Below the pieces are notes generated by a model. The model made no database searches and was not told where the DNA came from. It saw nothing but the letters and a program-made list of their open reading frames with translations. 64,000 nt of DNA, taken from positions 34,720,001 through 34,784,000 of the forward strand of contig NC_043002.1 in assembly GCF_006345805.1 (NCBI RefSeq), read 5' to 3'. Shown here piece after piece: positions 63,966 to 64,000 of the stretch. Each line of letters opens with the position of its first letter. Position 1 is the first letter of the stretch. Source of the stretch: Octopus sinensis (Eukaryota). A program made the translations under genes and the position numbers.

Positions 63966-64000
63966 ATTTCAAAAGTCTTGATTTTTTTTCCTTTTCACTT

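Overview
Eukaryotic, AT-rich, CpG-depleted, repeat-dense genomic DNA. The repeat families look to me like those of octopus (coleoid cephalopod), but this is recognition, not a verified assignment. The only convincing host coding sequence is the first coding exon of a type I cAMP-dependent protein kinase regulatory subunit (PKA-RI, dimerization/docking domain; minus strand, 51000-51164). It ends in a canonical phase-0 GT donor, and I found no downstream PKA-RI exon, so bases 1-50999 appear to be one intron of at least 51 kb. A CpG-retaining promoter zone (about 49.4-52.9 kb) surrounds the exon. It contains a perfect palindromic CRE, a YY1-type motif over the ATG, an out-of-frame uORF overlapping the start codon, and a candidate non-coding upstream exon. 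The rest is transposon debris: several tRNA-derived SINE families, RTE-clade LINE fragments (one with three C2H2 fingers nested in a SINE with a 14-bp TSD), piggyBac-type TTAA MITEs, a hAT MITE with a perfect 8-bp TSD, a Helitron 3' end, a probable Helentron/DINE-like element, a mariner remnant, a 450-bp foldback, microsatellites and local duplications. I see no evidence for a wholly new multi-gene system. The best leads are the cAMP-feedback and translational-control signals at the PKA-RI promoter, the triple-zinc-finger RTE tail, and the intronic dsRNA-forming inverted repeats. Repeat boundaries are approximate (about +/-20 bp) unless a TSD or TIR is quoted.
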